This document shows, piece by piece, positions 49,926 to 59,978 of a stretch of DNA of 64,000 nucleotides (position 1 is its first letter; the number at the start of each line of letters is the position of its first letter). The stretch is from Patescibacteria group bacterium (GTDB lineage Bacteria; Patescibacteriota; Patescibacteriia; Patescibacteriales; JAQTRU01), in the NCBI GenBank assembly GCA_028716725.1, contig JAQUPG010000004.1, forward strand, positions 2,680 to 66,679, given 5' to 3'. Position numbers and translations under genes: made by a program. The notes below the pieces were generated by a model, which saw only the letters and a program-made list of their open reading frames with translations, did not search any database and had not been told where the DNA came from.

Positions 49926-52900
49926 TTAATAAGTCAGAGTCTTAGGAGTCAACGGTAAGCTGTTGACAGAAATGAGGGTTGAGCCTGCACTGTCATCCCA
50001 ACCGATATCTCCGGCAGCCATATTGACTGACAAAGACCAATCGCCGGAAACGTTGCCATCAGTTGTGTCCAAAGTGAAGAGGAACAACTTGGTGGCGCCG
50101 GCCGCGATCTCAACATCACTCATGCCGTCATCAGTAATAGCCGTATCGCCAAAGTTCTGATTTGCTCCGGAAGCTAAAAAGTCAGTGGCCTCTAAGGCGG
50201 TAGTACTGGTGCTGTCCTTATAGACAGTTAAGGTTCTGTCAGCAGTGTTCGAGATAGTGGTTGATAAAGCCAAGTTAACATACTTGATAATGGCGGTATA
50301 ATTACCGGCATTAGCCGAGTTTGTAATGTTAATCTTAGCAATTATCTGGGCAGAACTGCCGACCGTAGCGCCAGTCGGACTGTCGCCGGCCCAAGCCGCA
50401 GAAACCTTAGTCCTATACACCGTCATCCGGTTGCCGGCCTGATCAAGATCACCGGCTGCATCAGACTTCGCATAGTAGAGAATGGTATTGGCCGCATTGG
50501 TCAAAACCGTACCTGACGAAGCGCCTTTGGCAACTATAGTTTCAGTCGCAGTCAGACCGTTTTCTGCCGGTATAGTAATCGTATGGGTGGAACCGGAAAC
50601 CGCGCCGTCAGATGCCGTAGACACGTCAGCTTTGACAATAATAGTCTTGGTGCCGCCGGCCGGAACCGTTAGATTGATCCCGCCGATAGTGGCATGGGCC
50701 AAAGTGGAAGTAGAAGTGGTGCTATCGGACACAAACTGGACCGGACCGCCAAGCGCAGTCGAAGGACTAGCCGCATCATAAATCTTAACATTCCTTAAGG
50801 TACCGGTAGCGTTAGCGGAGACATTGTCAAACACTGATAACTGGGTGATATTAATGTCTTCAGAAGCGGTGGCTTCCAGTTTGAACCGGGCGACTTCCTG
50901 ATCCGTGGCGCCCATGACTAATTGCTGGGCAACCGGGGTATCAGCGTCATCAGAAATATAGAGATTGCCGGCTGTGGCAATATACATAGTCTGCAATTCG
51001 TAATCGGCCGGATTTTCATCCGCGGAAGCGTTGGTAACGTCGCCAGTGGCAGATACAGAGGCAAATTTTATGCCATAAATATTATAGCCCTGGTTAGCCG
51101 CGCTGCTCTTAACATCGGCATAAACGTCAACCACATATTGCCCGCCAGCCGCGATCTTAATCGCCGGGCTCGGGCTGAAGTTGTAAGAGCCAGAAGTTGA
51201 AGTATTAAGGTTGCCGATCGTGTTGCCTAACTGGGTGCCGCTGGAATTCTTTAATTTCAAATTCTGGAAGTTATTACCCATTAAGGTAGTAGCAGAAAAA
51301 TCAATTAAAGAAATCTGGGTAACGGTCACGGATTCTCCCGGTCCGGCTGTCAAAGTTATGGAAGCAATCTTAACATTGCTGGCGCTGGCCACGCCGGTCG
51401 GAGTGGTAGCTGACCGGTCGCCGAAAGAAGTATTTTCGGCCGAGGTCAAAGCGCCGGTCCTGACAGTCAGAACATTGGCGCTAATAACGCCTCCAGTTCC
51501 GGTCGTGCCGGTTACCTGCCTGGTGTAATCAACTGACTTCACGTCGCCTAACTGGAGCGTAATTGTTTCGGTGTCAGTCAAGCTAACGCCGTCATAATCC
51601 TTTATATCCGCTGTCACAACCAAAGTCTTGGTCGTGTTAGCCGGAATAATAAGGGCGTTGCCGCAGGTAAATTCAGTGGCAACGGTTTCGACTACATTCT
51701 GGGTTGTGCCAACCTGGGAACCGTCAACGGATAATTTAACCTGATATAAACCGTTGGCCGATGTGCTTTCAACGGTATGGATCCAGACACTGTCAATTTT
51801 AATGTCTTCACCAACCGCTTTTAAGTCAAACTTAGCAACATCAACTCCGGTAGCGCCGGCGGCGACATTGCCGCTCGCCGAAGCTATATTCTTGGAAATA
51901 GTTAAGCTCCCGGTGTTAATGGTAACGTCTGCGCCATAGCTAACCTTCGCCCAGGTATCAGCCTGGTTAGGAGTTATGTAGACGCCGTATTGCACGTCCT
52001 TAGCGACTATATCTTCCTTATTGTAGAAATAAAGGCGATAAGTCCGGCTGGTTCCGCTGACAATATCAGCTTTTAAGGAAATAGTCTTGGTAATGCCCTT
52101 GTCAATCCTATAAGCTGGTGAAAAATCGAAAGTGATGGTCTTGTCAGAAGCCATAGCGGAAACGGTTGAGCCGATCTGGGTTCCGCCAACATCTAATTTG
52201 AAGTTGGCTAAATCGCCCACGCTCACCGTTCCGATAATGGTGAATTTCAGCCTTTCAATGTCAATCTTCTGGTCAGTGGAAGCGGCCGTGAATTTCCAAA
52301 TTTCCTGGCCGGTTGTTCCCGGATCAGGATTGGACATAGTGCCGCTGGTAGTTACTTGTAATCTGCCTAAGTCAGTAACAGCTGCGGTAGACATGGTATT
52401 ACCGGTAATCGGGAAACTGCCGGAAACGGCAGCGCCGTCGGTAACAATGTCAGCCGCAGTTAAGACGGAAAAGCTATAAGCTCTGGAAGCGTTCGTGTCC
52501 TTATCAAGGTTAACCTTTAAGGTAATAGCTTTGGTCGTTCCGGCCGGAACCGAGAATAAACCGGCGCTGTTAGTAAAGGTTAAAACAGCTTCAGAAATTG
52601 AACTGTATTTTGCCAATAAAGTGCTGCCATCGTACAGGTAGAACTCGGCAAAATCAGTATCAGCTGAAGGAACGCCGGCTCTCTTAAACTTCAAAGTCGT
52701 AACTTTGACTGCGCCGTCAGCGGCCGCGGTAAAGTTAACTTTGGTTACCGGAATAAAAGCCTGCCCAGCTGCAGTCGTGGTGTCAGTCAAGGTAGTAGCG
52801 GAGGCCGGGGTGTCTGAAGCTAAAGCTACAGTCAAACCCGTGCCGGCGCCGGCTACAATGCCCTGGCCTGTTCCGCCACCCTGAGAAGTATCGTTCTTAG

Positions 52901-53561
52901 TGGCGGTAGTGATTTCGGAACCCACAGACGGCATAGCCAAAGTGGAAGTGATGACATCAGCCCATTTGAAGCGATTAGCCGTGAAAGCGGCTTCAGTCGC
53001 AACTTTGCTGGCAGTGCCATCGGCGTTGATGTAATAAACATCAGCCGCTGTCCCGAACTTTACCAAACTGCCGGTCGGGTAAGCGGTTGAGCTGATCTGG
53101 CCTGAACTAACCGTGTAGTTAGTAAAGAAAGCGTCAGGAACGTCAATAATGCGCTTGGCCCAATCAGCTCCGTAAAGGGCTAAAGCAGTCGCTTCGTCCG
53201 GAACCCATTTCAAAGTCCCGTTCGGTTCAACCGCATAGACCTTAGGATTGGTTGTGATCTTAACTAATTTAGTACCTGGCCTAACAGTGACGTTAGCTGC
53301 CAAAGGATATGACTCTAACTCGCTTTGAGGAATAGTCACAACCCCGGAGAAGTCGCTGTACCAGGAGAAATAAGTCTGTTCATTAGGGAAAACATATCTT
53401 TTACCATCGGCGCCCAAATAATAAACGGAGGAAAGTCCGTTCATCTTGATTAAGTCACCGGCAGAGGCGGCCGCGTTCACTTCCGGAACGACAACTACGC
53501 TCATAGCCAAAACTGTGACTAGCATGACGCTGATAGTAAAAACTTTTCGTATTCTACTCAT
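49926..53561 (-). CDS. very large T/S/A/G-rich cell-surface (S-layer-like) protein
   Basis: I prefer the start at MSRIRKVFTISVMLVTVLAMS (signal peptide). About 1200 aa of repeated beta-rich modules, with visibly higher GC than the neighbouring genes. Confidence 0.7.
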   Translation of the reverse strand: MSRIRKVFTISVMLVTVLAMSVVVVPEVNAAASAGDLIKMNGLSSVYYLGADGKRYVFPNEQTYFSWYSDFSGVVTIPQSELESYPLAANVTVRPGTKLVKITTNPKVYAVEPNGTLKWVPDEATALALYGADWAKRIIDVPDAFFTNYTVSSGQISSTAYPTGSLVKFGTAADVYYINADGTASKVATEAAFTANRFKWADVITSTLAMPSVGSEITTATKNDTSQGGGTGQGIVAGAGTGLTVALASDTPASATTLTDTTTAAGQAFIPVTKVNFTAAADGAVKVTTLKFKRAGVPSADTDFAEFYLYDGSTLLAKYSSISEAVLTFTNSAGLFSVPAGTTKAITLKVNLDKDTNASRAYSFSVLTAADIVTDGAAVSGSFPITGNTMSTAAVTDLGRLQVTTSGTMSNPDPGTTGQEIWKFTAASTDQKIDIERLKFTIIGTVSVGDLANFKLDVGGTQIGSTVSAMASDKTITFDFSPAYRIDKGITKTISLKADIVSGTSRTYRLYFYNKEDIVAKDVQYGVYITPNQADTWAKVSYGADVTINTGSLTISKNIASASGNVAAGATGVDVAKFDLKAVGEDIKIDSVWIHTVESTSANGLYQVKLSVDGSQVGTTQNVVETVATEFTCGNALIIPANTTKTLVVTADIKDYDGVSLTDTETITLQLGDVKSVDYTRQVTGTTGTGGVISANVLTVRTGALTSAENTSFGDRSATTPTGVASASNVKIASITLTAGPGESVTVTQISLIDFSATTLMGNNFQNLKLKNSSGTQLGNTIGNLNTSTSGSYNFSPSPAIKIAAGGQYVVDVYADVKSSAANQGYNIYGIKFASVSATGDVTNASADENPADYELQTMYIATAGNLYISDDADTPVAQQLVMGATDQEVARFKLEATASEDINITQLSVFDNVSANATGTLRNVKIYDAASPSTALGGPVQFVSDSTTSTSTLAHATIGGINLTVPAGGTKTIIVKADVSTASDGAVSGSTHTITIPAENGLTATETIVAKGASSGTVLTNAANTILYYAKSDAAGDLDQAGNRMTVYRTKVSAAWAGDSPTGATVGSSAQIIAKINITNSANAGNYTAIIKYVNLALSTTISNTADRTLTVYKDSTSTTALEATDFLASGANQNFGDTAITDDGMSDVEIAAGATKLFLFTLDTTDGNVSGDWSLSVNMAAGDIGWDDSAGSTLISVNSLPLTPKTLTY

Positions 53562-53575
53562 AATAAGTCTTTTTT

Positions 53576-53916
53576 CCCGCACCTTTTAAGCATTTGTATC
53601 GTCTTCATCACCCTCTATACTTTTTTTGATTTTTCTTTTTAACTGACTATAGGATTTCCCGAAGTGTTTCAGCTGTTTCTCTCTTTCTTTTGCATCTTCC
53701 TTAGATCTATAAGCTTCATAATAAACCAGAACTAACGGCCTTCTATGTCTTGTTGATTTTACTTTACCTTCCTTATGATACTTATTAAATCTTTCTAAAT
53801 CTTTTTAAATCTTTCTTTTAAATCATCAGAATATCCAATGTATAACTTCCTATCTTTCAAACTCTTCAGAAGGTAAACATAATACATAAAAAATACTTAT
53901 GCTTAAAAGGTGCGGG
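53576..53916 (-). mobile_element. GIY-YIG gene cassette bounded by a perfect 16-nt inverted repeat
   Basis: CCCGCACCTTTTAAGC at 53576-53591 and GCTTAAAAGGTGCGGG at 53901-53916. The same pair flanks the intact copy at the start of the window. Confidence 0.55.
53586..53887 (-). pseudogene. GIY-YIG nuclease pseudogene (frameshifted)
   Basis: MYYVYLLKSLKDRKLYIGYSDDLKERFKKI* then, in another frame, ..FNKYHKEGKVKSTRHRRPLVLVYYEAYRSKEDAKEREKQLKHFGKSYSQLKRKIKKS... The 302-nt span is not a multiple of 3. The break lies at an imperfect roughly 20-nt tandem duplication (53787-53823). Confidence 0.7.
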
Positions 53917-54359
53917 ATTTTCGCTTCTTGAATAAACCTAAATTTTAAGCAAATCAACCGGAATCCCGTCCCCCCACACTTATATATATAAGTATTTAGC
54001 TGGGGGCAAATTGCATAGGGAAATTCGCCCATCTGCCTTATCGACTTACTTGGCAGACCTCCCCCACTTAATATACATAAGTGTGGGGGTAAAATTTGTT
54101 GATTTACTAAAGAAATTTTGGTTCAAAAAGCAATTTTTATTTATTAATTTAAGTAAACCTATCCCGAGAACTCGGGACTCGACCTTGACCAGGCCTACTT
54201 GCTCCACTAATGTGGATTTGGCAATTATCCAAAAAATAATTAGCAAATCAACACTAGTTTCAAATAAAAGTCCAAGGTTCAAATGTCAAATCAATTTCAA
54301 ATGCCAAAATCCAAAACTATTTTTGGTATTGGGATTTTAACGTTTGGACTTCATAAATC

Positions 54360-55286
54360 TTACTTCTCGACTTTATATTCTTCCGTGCTGGTCGCTCCGT
54401 CGCTTGCTCCTTTCACCTCGCCCCTATCTTCCAGGCCGACATTATTCACAATATTATTGGCTTCTTCAAGTTTATTTAAAGTGCCGCCATAATCCTTCTC
54501 GTTAAAAAGCTCTTCGGCTTCTTCCAGTATTTTGTGGGCGTCTCCTAAATCAGCCGGGTGCCCACCTGCTTCTTTGGCCGGCGTATTCGTTGCTTTCTCT
54601 GCTCCTTCGGTTTTAATTATTCCAACTTCTCCGGTTTCAGTCTGGTTACTCTCCGCGACAATTTCTTCTTTCTGCGGTTCAGAAACCTGGACGCCCCGCT
54701 CTTCTCTTCCTAAATTAGCGCTAAAAACTTTATCCTCTTCACTTCCCCCTTCCGTCTTGCTTGGCGCAGCTCCCATCTCTTTGAGTTTTGTTTTCGCCAC
54801 TTTCATTTCATTCTTAAAATTTTCCGATAATTTTTCTGTTTTTGATTTCCCGGCCTCATCACCTGAATCAGTCTTGGCTAAAATTTCCGTTATGTCCTTG
54901 GCGTGGTCATTGGCAAACTTAAAACTAAGCTTGGCTTTTTTCTCCTCGCCGAAAGTAACGGCTAACTGGGCTTTCTCGCTGATAATCCTCGCTATGTACA
55001 AAGAGCTGTCCGGCTTAGTTAAGCGGGCGGCCCCGACGCTAAAAGCGCTCCCGGCCACAATCAGCAAACAAACAAAAAATACCGCCCACGCCGGAGTTGA
55101 GAAAAATCTCGCCAGCGTCCGCGGTAAAACAAAAATCTTTACCATCGCTCCGTTCTCTTTCGCGGCCGGAACAACCGTAGCCGAAATCTGGCTAAATAAA
55201 ATCGCCCGGTTTTTTTCTTTCCATTCCCTGTCCGGGGCCATTGATTTCAAGCTATTTAATTTTTCTATTAACTCTTTATTTTCCAT
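54360..55286 (-). CDS. membrane protein, putative anti-sigma factor (DUF5667-like)
   Basis: 308 aa. It overlaps the upstream sigma gene by 11 nt, has one TM helix and an E/K-rich extracytoplasmic region. Confidence 0.55.
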   Translation of the reverse strand: MENKELIEKLNSLKSMAPDREWKEKNRAILFSQISATVVPAAKENGAMVKIFVLPRTLARFFSTPAWAVFFVCLLIVAGSAFSVGAARLTKPDSSLYIARIISEKAQLAVTFGEEKKAKLSFKFANDHAKDITEILAKTDSGDEAGKSKTEKLSENFKNEMKVAKTKLKEMGAAPSKTEGGSEEDKVFSANLGREERGVQVSEPQKEEIVAESNQTETGEVGIIKTEGAEKATNTPAKEAGGHPADLGDAHKILEEAEELFNEKDYGGTLNKLEEANNIVNNVGLEDRGEVKGASDGATSTEEYKVEK

Positions 55287-55875
55287 TTTCGTTTTCCATT
55301 AATTCCCTTAAAGCTTTTAAGGCGCGGTGAAGCAGAACCCGCACGTTGTTTTTCGGCTTATCCAGGATAGCCGCCATCTCCTTTATATTTAATTCGTCAA
55401 TGAATCTTAAGATAATAACTTCCCGGTACTCGTCTTTTAATTCTTTAAGTTTCTGTTCAATTATCCCGAAATCGAAATTTATTTCCGCCTGCCTGGCAAT
55501 ATCCTGTTTCTCGTCTTTTATGTCTATCGGCTCGCCCTCTTTATTCTCAAAAGAGACTTTGCTAAAATTGGAATTTTTTCTGTAATGATCAATGATTGAA
55601 GTTCTGGCTATCTTATAAATCAAAGCCCTTAAAGTTTTAAAATCTTCTATACTGCTGTCCTGAATATAATTCCAGGTCTTTAGGAAGACGACCGAAGTCA
55701 GGTCATTAGCCTCTTCTTTGTTGCCTACTTTAAAATATACAAAACGGAATATCTGATCAACATATAAATCATAAGCTTTTATGAAAGCTTCTTTATCCCT
55801 TTTCTTTACTCCGGACAATAACTCCTTTTCCTGCTTTTTTGTAACCAAGGAATTTTGAATTTTATTAAAGTCCAT
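55276..55875 (-). CDS. RNA polymerase sigma-70 family factor, ECF subfamily
   Basis: 199 aa with region 2 (IYKIARTSIIDHYRK) and region 4 (LNIKEMAAILDKPKNNVRVLLHRALKAL). Confidence 0.85.
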   Translation of the reverse strand: MDFNKIQNSLVTKKQEKELLSGVKKRDKEAFIKAYDLYVDQIFRFVYFKVGNKEEANDLTSVVFLKTWNYIQDSSIEDFKTLRALIYKIARTSIIDHYRKNSNFSKVSFENKEGEPIDIKDEKQDIARQAEINFDFGIIEQKLKELKDEYREVIILRFIDELNIKEMAAILDKPKNNVRVLLHRALKALRELMENENGK

Positions 55876-56304
55876 TATCTCTGTTGCTTGCCTAAGTTTT
55901 TGGCTTTGGCAAGTTAATTAATTATACGTGGAAAATAAGGAAATATTACACTAAATTCTAGGGAAATAAATGGAAAAAAATAAAAAAAATTAAAGAAATA
56001 ATTCAAAAATCAGGGAAAACGGTCCCCTGCTATCAACAAAAAGAGCTAATATTAGCCCCAAAAATCTATTATTTCCTCTACTATTAACACCTATATTTAC
56101 TTTTTAAATCCTAACATATTTGATTAAATAAGGCAAATTAAGGGTAAAAATCAATAACCAATTTCCGGCTTCCGGACGATTTAACCACCCGTAAAAGATT
56201 GCCGATAAGACAGCAAATTTATAATTGAAAATTAACAATTAATAATTGTTATTTTCCCCTCTTGCTTTTTTTGAGTAATATGATAAGATATTAGAAATAA
56301 ATGG

Positions 56305-56492
56305 ACTTTAGTCTAATATATCTTAGACTTAAAGTATTATTTCTCCTTACATTAACCCATGAAAACAGCTAAAAATACCATCCATTAATCAAATTAATTA
56401 TACTTTAGTCTACAAAAACGTAGACTAAAACTAAAAAATTGTTTTATATTAGCTAATTCCATACTTTAGTCTACAAGAATGTAGACTAAAGT
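56305..56492 (+). promoter_or_regulatory. three related palindromes (candidate operators) upstream of the HTH gene
   Basis: 56305-56335: ACTTTAGTCTAA..TTAGACTTAAAGT. 56404-56429: TTTAGTCTAC-aaaaac-GTAGACTAAA. 56463-56492: ACTTTAGTCTAC-aagaat-GTAGACTAAAGT, with perfect 12-bp arms. Confidence 0.6.
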
Positions 56493-56501
56493 TGTAAAAA
56501 A

Positions 56502-56849
56502 ATGCCAAAAAAATATAAAACACGCGCCAAATCCCTTGAAACTAATAATACCGAAATTATTGAAAAACCCGGGGGAAATAATCAAAAGAATGAATATCTG
56601 CCCTTGTTAATAAAAACCATAAAAAATCCTCTCTGGCTCTCTGTGTCTGAAGCAGCTAAATTGGGCGGGGTGCAGACAAAAACAATCAGGCGGGCCATAA
56701 AATCCAATCATTTAAGGTATAAAGTTGTTGGCAACCGCTATTTAATCAATTTAGAATCTCTAATCGCTTTTTCGTATACCAAAAGAAAGCTCAAAAATAA
56801 ATTAAACCAATACGGCCTTGGCCAATACATAGAAAAATGGGGAAAATAG
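56502..56849 (+). CDS. helix-turn-helix DNA-binding protein (excisionase/MerR-type HTH)
   Basis: 115 aa. WLSVSEAAKLGGVQTKTIRRAIKSNHLRYKVVGNRYLI fits the excisionase-family HTH pattern. Confidence 0.6.
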   Translation: MPKKYKTRAKSLETNNTEIIEKPGGNNQKNEYLPLLIKTIKNPLWLSVSEAAKLGGVQTKTIRRAIKSNHLRYKVVGNRYLINLESLIAFSYTKRKLKNKLNQYGLGQYIEKWGK

Positions 56850-57437
56850 CTTAAAAATATAAAACAGGCTAACGCAATCTTTGGAAAAGAGGCTTAAACC
56901 ATAATTTTACGGTTTTAGCCTCTTTTTTATTTTATTTTTATATTATTTTATTATTTTATCAGTTATCCACAGCCAAAAATTGTAAAAAATTAAAAAATAT
57001 CTTATAATATTAACAAGGAAAAAAATTTCAAACTACTAACGTAACAACCCCATGCTTTATGTTTAGTTTTAATTGGAAAAAGGACAACTTTTTTGATAAT
57101 GCTGATAAAATTTTTTTTCAAACCCTAAATTTTAAAACTACCCGCATTATTCTTACTCAAATAATACCGGTCTAGTTTATGATGGCCGGTATTATTTTTT
57201 ATTAGTTAAAGAGGCCTTAATATATAAAAATACAAAAGGAGGATTAAAAAAATAAAAAGCTTTAAAAGGTCGATTCCATAAACTTTATTTTATGGGAAGC
57301 TCTTTTTCCTCTCTAGTATACTAAAAATTAGCAAAAATTAATGACTTATAGGCCTATTTATTAATTCTGCTAATATTAAAAAACAATCACCCTATCTGAT
57401 AATTTAATTTTAAAAGTCGATTAAATTAATTATAAGG

Positions 57438-57947
57438 GTGAACAATAAAAAAATTATGGAAAAATTTACTAAATCAAAATTGGCTGCGCAAATTGCCATA
57501 ACCTCTTTTGTCGCCGCCTTAGCTATAGTCGGCGTTGCTTACGCCACTACTATCGGGACTAATATTTCTACCACCGGAACTATGGGCGTTGGCACTTCTA
57601 CTCCTTCCGGAACCCTAGCAATAGACGTAGATGAAGCAACCAGCCCGTTTGTTATTGGCTCCTCAACCTCTACCTACTTAACAATGGACCATACGGGAAA
57701 TCTAACGGTTGATACTGATACTTTGTATGTAAGCGCTGTTAATAACAGAGTTGGTATTGGCACTTCTACGCCTAGTTTTCAACTTAGCATAGGGGCTGAT
57801 TCCGCTACTTCCACTGTTGGTATGGGAAAATTTTGTATGTATGTGCAAGACCAACACGGAGAAAATGTCTATATAACCCTTAATATGGACGCGGCCGATG
57901 CTAGCGCCGGTATTTTCGCTACTTCTACTATTGATTGCAGGCAGTAA
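57438..57947 (+). CDS. secreted/anchored protein with GxGTSTPS repeats
   Basis: 169 aa with an N-terminal TM/signal segment. Repeated MGVGTSTPSGTL / VGIGTSTPSFQL motifs, as seen in fibre-like surface proteins. The start codon is uncertain (GTG at 57438 or ATG at 57456). Confidence 0.5.
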   Translation: MNNKKIMEKFTKSKLAAQIAITSFVAALAIVGVAYATTIGTNISTTGTMGVGTSTPSGTLAIDVDEATSPFVIGSSTSTYLTMDHTGNLTVDTDTLYVSAVNNRVGIGTSTPSFQLSIGADSATSTVGMGKFCMYVQDQHGENVYITLNMDAADASAGIFATSTIDCRQ

Positions 57948-58026
57948 TTAGATATAGTTATTGCTCTCCTTCCCGTTTGATTTTATGGGAAGATTTAGAG
58001 GAATTATAACTAATCTTGATAAAATT

Positions 58027-59454
58027 ATGGCTAAAACACCTAAATTGGTTTTATTCTTAGTTGCTCTCCTGCTTGCTTTTCCAGCCCTGACAACGGCGAC
58101 TACCGAATTCACGGCTGATGGTAATATCACGGTTAGCGCCGTCACTTTCGGATCAACTACGGCTGAAATGCTTGTTATGACTGGCTCTACCGCCGAAAGC
58201 TGGACAATAACCAGTGGCGGCACTTTTACCGTAACTAACCCCGGCAACTTTATGGTCGGTTCCGCTGTCGCCGAGACGAATGTCAAAGGAATTAAGGTTA
58301 CCTTGGATGGAGTTGCAGTCGCCTGTGCTAAAAATACTACTCCGGGAACAAACTACGTCACTCTCCCAGCCACCGCCGGCACCTATACTATAGTGCCCGT
58401 CACAACAAATGTTGCCAATGCCGTTATCTATAATACCAGTTGCGGCGCCTCCGAATGCGCTTCCGGATATTCTGTTTCCGGAAGCGGAGCTGACGCTGGT
58501 TGCGTAGTTACTGGCACTGGCGGTACTACCCCGACTTGTACTTCCTGGACATACTCTAGCTGGGGAACTTGTTCATCAAGCGGACAACAGACAAGAACAG
58601 TTGTATCTTCATCGCCAAGCGGCTGCACCGGCGGTAGCCCAGTAACAACTCAATCCTGCACCCCGGCCTCTTCTTCATCTTCGTCCAGTCCTGGCGCCTC
58701 AGCTACGCCTGCTCCCGCCGCTACCCCAGCCGCCGAAGAAACAACAACCACCGAAACCACTCCAACAACCACCGAAACCCCAACTACTGTCGCTACTCCC
58801 GCTGCTACGGCGGAAAAAGTTTCTACCACAGCCGGAGTGCCGGCTACTGATAGCGCCGGTAAAGTCACTTTGGAGCAAATGACGGCTGATGCGACAGCGG
58901 TTGCTTCCGCTGACGTTAACCAGGTTATTGCCGAGATGGGCGTAAGCCGGGATACGGCTGCGGAAAAAACCTATAGTGAGGGTATTGTCGCTAAAGTAGT
59001 GACTGGCGCCAGTGTTACAGCCGAAATTCGCAATACCATAAATAACTTCGTTACTTATGGCACAAAAGCCACTAAATCATTAGGGGCGGGCGAACGGGCC
59101 GGTGTGGTTAACAGCTTTAAAGCAGCTTTGGGCAAATTGCCAACCACGGAAGCGGACTGGAATGACGTTATAAAGATAGCTAATGGGCGCTGGCCAAGCC
59201 AAATAAGCAAAGCGGCTGAAGATAAGGCGACAATAAACTTTAAAAAAGTTTATTTAAGGGATCCGGACAGAAAGAATGCCCATGACGATGCCGCTGTAAC
59301 CGTAATGGCTTACGGCTTAAGGCCGGCTGACAGAAACCTCAATAGTGAAAAAGCGGCGATTAAATCCTTTAAGGCTATTTACGGATATGCGCCTTCCGCC
59401 GCTACGGCCTGGGATGTAGTTCGAGCTATCGCTTATTCTGGAGCGACAAGATAA
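58027..59454 (+). CDS. secreted protein with Cys-rich module, S/T/P linker and C-terminal helical domain
   Basis: Starts at MAKTPKLVLFLVALLLAFPALTTA (signal peptide). Contains the low-complexity run SSSSSSSPGASATPAPAATPAAEETTTTETTPTTTETPTT. Confidence 0.55.
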   Translation: MAKTPKLVLFLVALLLAFPALTTATTEFTADGNITVSAVTFGSTTAEMLVMTGSTAESWTITSGGTFTVTNPGNFMVGSAVAETNVKGIKVTLDGVAVACAKNTTPGTNYVTLPATAGTYTIVPVTTNVANAVIYNTSCGASECASGYSVSGSGADAGCVVTGTGGTTPTCTSWTYSSWGTCSSSGQQTRTVVSSSPSGCTGGSPVTTQSCTPASSSSSSSPGASATPAPAATPAAEETTTTETTPTTTETPTTVATPAATAEKVSTTAGVPATDSAGKVTLEQMTADATAVASADVNQVIAEMGVSRDTAAEKTYSEGIVAKVVTGASVTAEIRNTINNFVTYGTKATKSLGAGERAGVVNSFKAALGKLPTTEADWNDVIKIANGRWPSQISKAAEDKATINFKKVYLRDPDRKNAHDDAAVTVMAYGLRPADRNLNSEKAAIKSFKAIYGYAPSAATAWDVVRAIAYSGATR

Positions 59455-59475
59455 TTAAGAATAAACTCAATAAAA

Positions 59476-59512
59476 AATAATCCCGCCCCTTGAGGGGCGG
59501 GATTATTTTTTT
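59476..59512. terminator. bidirectional rho-independent terminator
   Basis: AATAATCCCGCCCC / GGGGCGGGATTATT, a 14-bp stem with a TTGA loop, between convergent genes. Confidence 0.85.
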
Positions 59513-59529
59513 AAACCTTTTAAAATCTA

Positions 59530-59811
59530 TTAGAGAACAGCATCTTTAGCAGACTTAGACACTCTGAATTTAACTACGGTCTTGGCCGGAATCTGGATTT
59601 CTTGGCCAGTAGCCGGGTTGCGGCCCATTCTCGCTTTTCTGTGCACTTTTACCAATTTGCCGATTCCAGGAACGACAAACTCTCCTGCGCCCTTTACCTC
59701 CTTATACGCCATCTCGGTCAAAGAGTCCATGAAATTAGCCACATCTTTCTTGCTTAAGCCGGTTTTCTCGGCTAAAGCCGAAAGCATCTGTGACTTGGTC
59801 ATTTTTGCCAT
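59530..59811 (-). CDS. hup: HU family DNA-binding protein
   Basis: MAKMTKSQMLSALAEKTGLSKKDV...GIGKLVKVHRKARMGRNPATGQEIQIPAKTVVKFRVSK. The start is at 59811 or 59802. Confidence 0.88.
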   Translation of the reverse strand: MAKMTKSQMLSALAEKTGLSKKDVANFMDSLTEMAYKEVKGAGEFVVPGIGKLVKVHRKARMGRNPATGQEIQIPAKTVVKFRVSKSAKDAVL

Positions 59812-59879
59812 AAGTTTTTTAAAAATTAATTTGTTAATTTGCGGAATCAATTGGAAATGATAGTAAATATATAAATAAA

Positions 59880-59978
59880 CCCCGCACTTTTCTGATGGAG
59901 CAACAGCTCGCCAGAAAGCTCTATTTTCTTACTAGAAAATACTATCTGCAAGATAATATATTCTAGAAAGGTGCTGGG
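59880..59978. repeat. degenerate, gene-less inverted-repeat pair resembling the GIY-YIG cassette ends
   Basis: CCCCGCACTTTTC (59880-59892) and GAAAGGTGCTGGG (59966-59978). Eleven of 13 positions are complementary. Compare the cassette ends CCCGCACCTTTTAAGC / GCTTAAAAGGTGCGGG. Confidence 0.35.

Noticed and set aside
54532-55302. 256-aa plus-strand ORF
   Set aside because: It lies entirely antisense to the better-supported anti-sigma-like gene 54360..55286. That gene is translationally coupled to the sigma gene and has a TM helix. The plus-strand product is a low-complexity S/L/A/F-rich shadow with no RBS.
56404-56492. Resemblance of the operator core GTCTAC-N6-GTAGAC to the Cas12a handle hairpin UCUAC-UUUU-GUAGA
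   Set aside because: Only the 5-bp stem is shared. The loop length and flanks differ, the sites lie 37 kb from the cas locus, and they sit in front of an HTH gene. Operator function is the simpler explanation.
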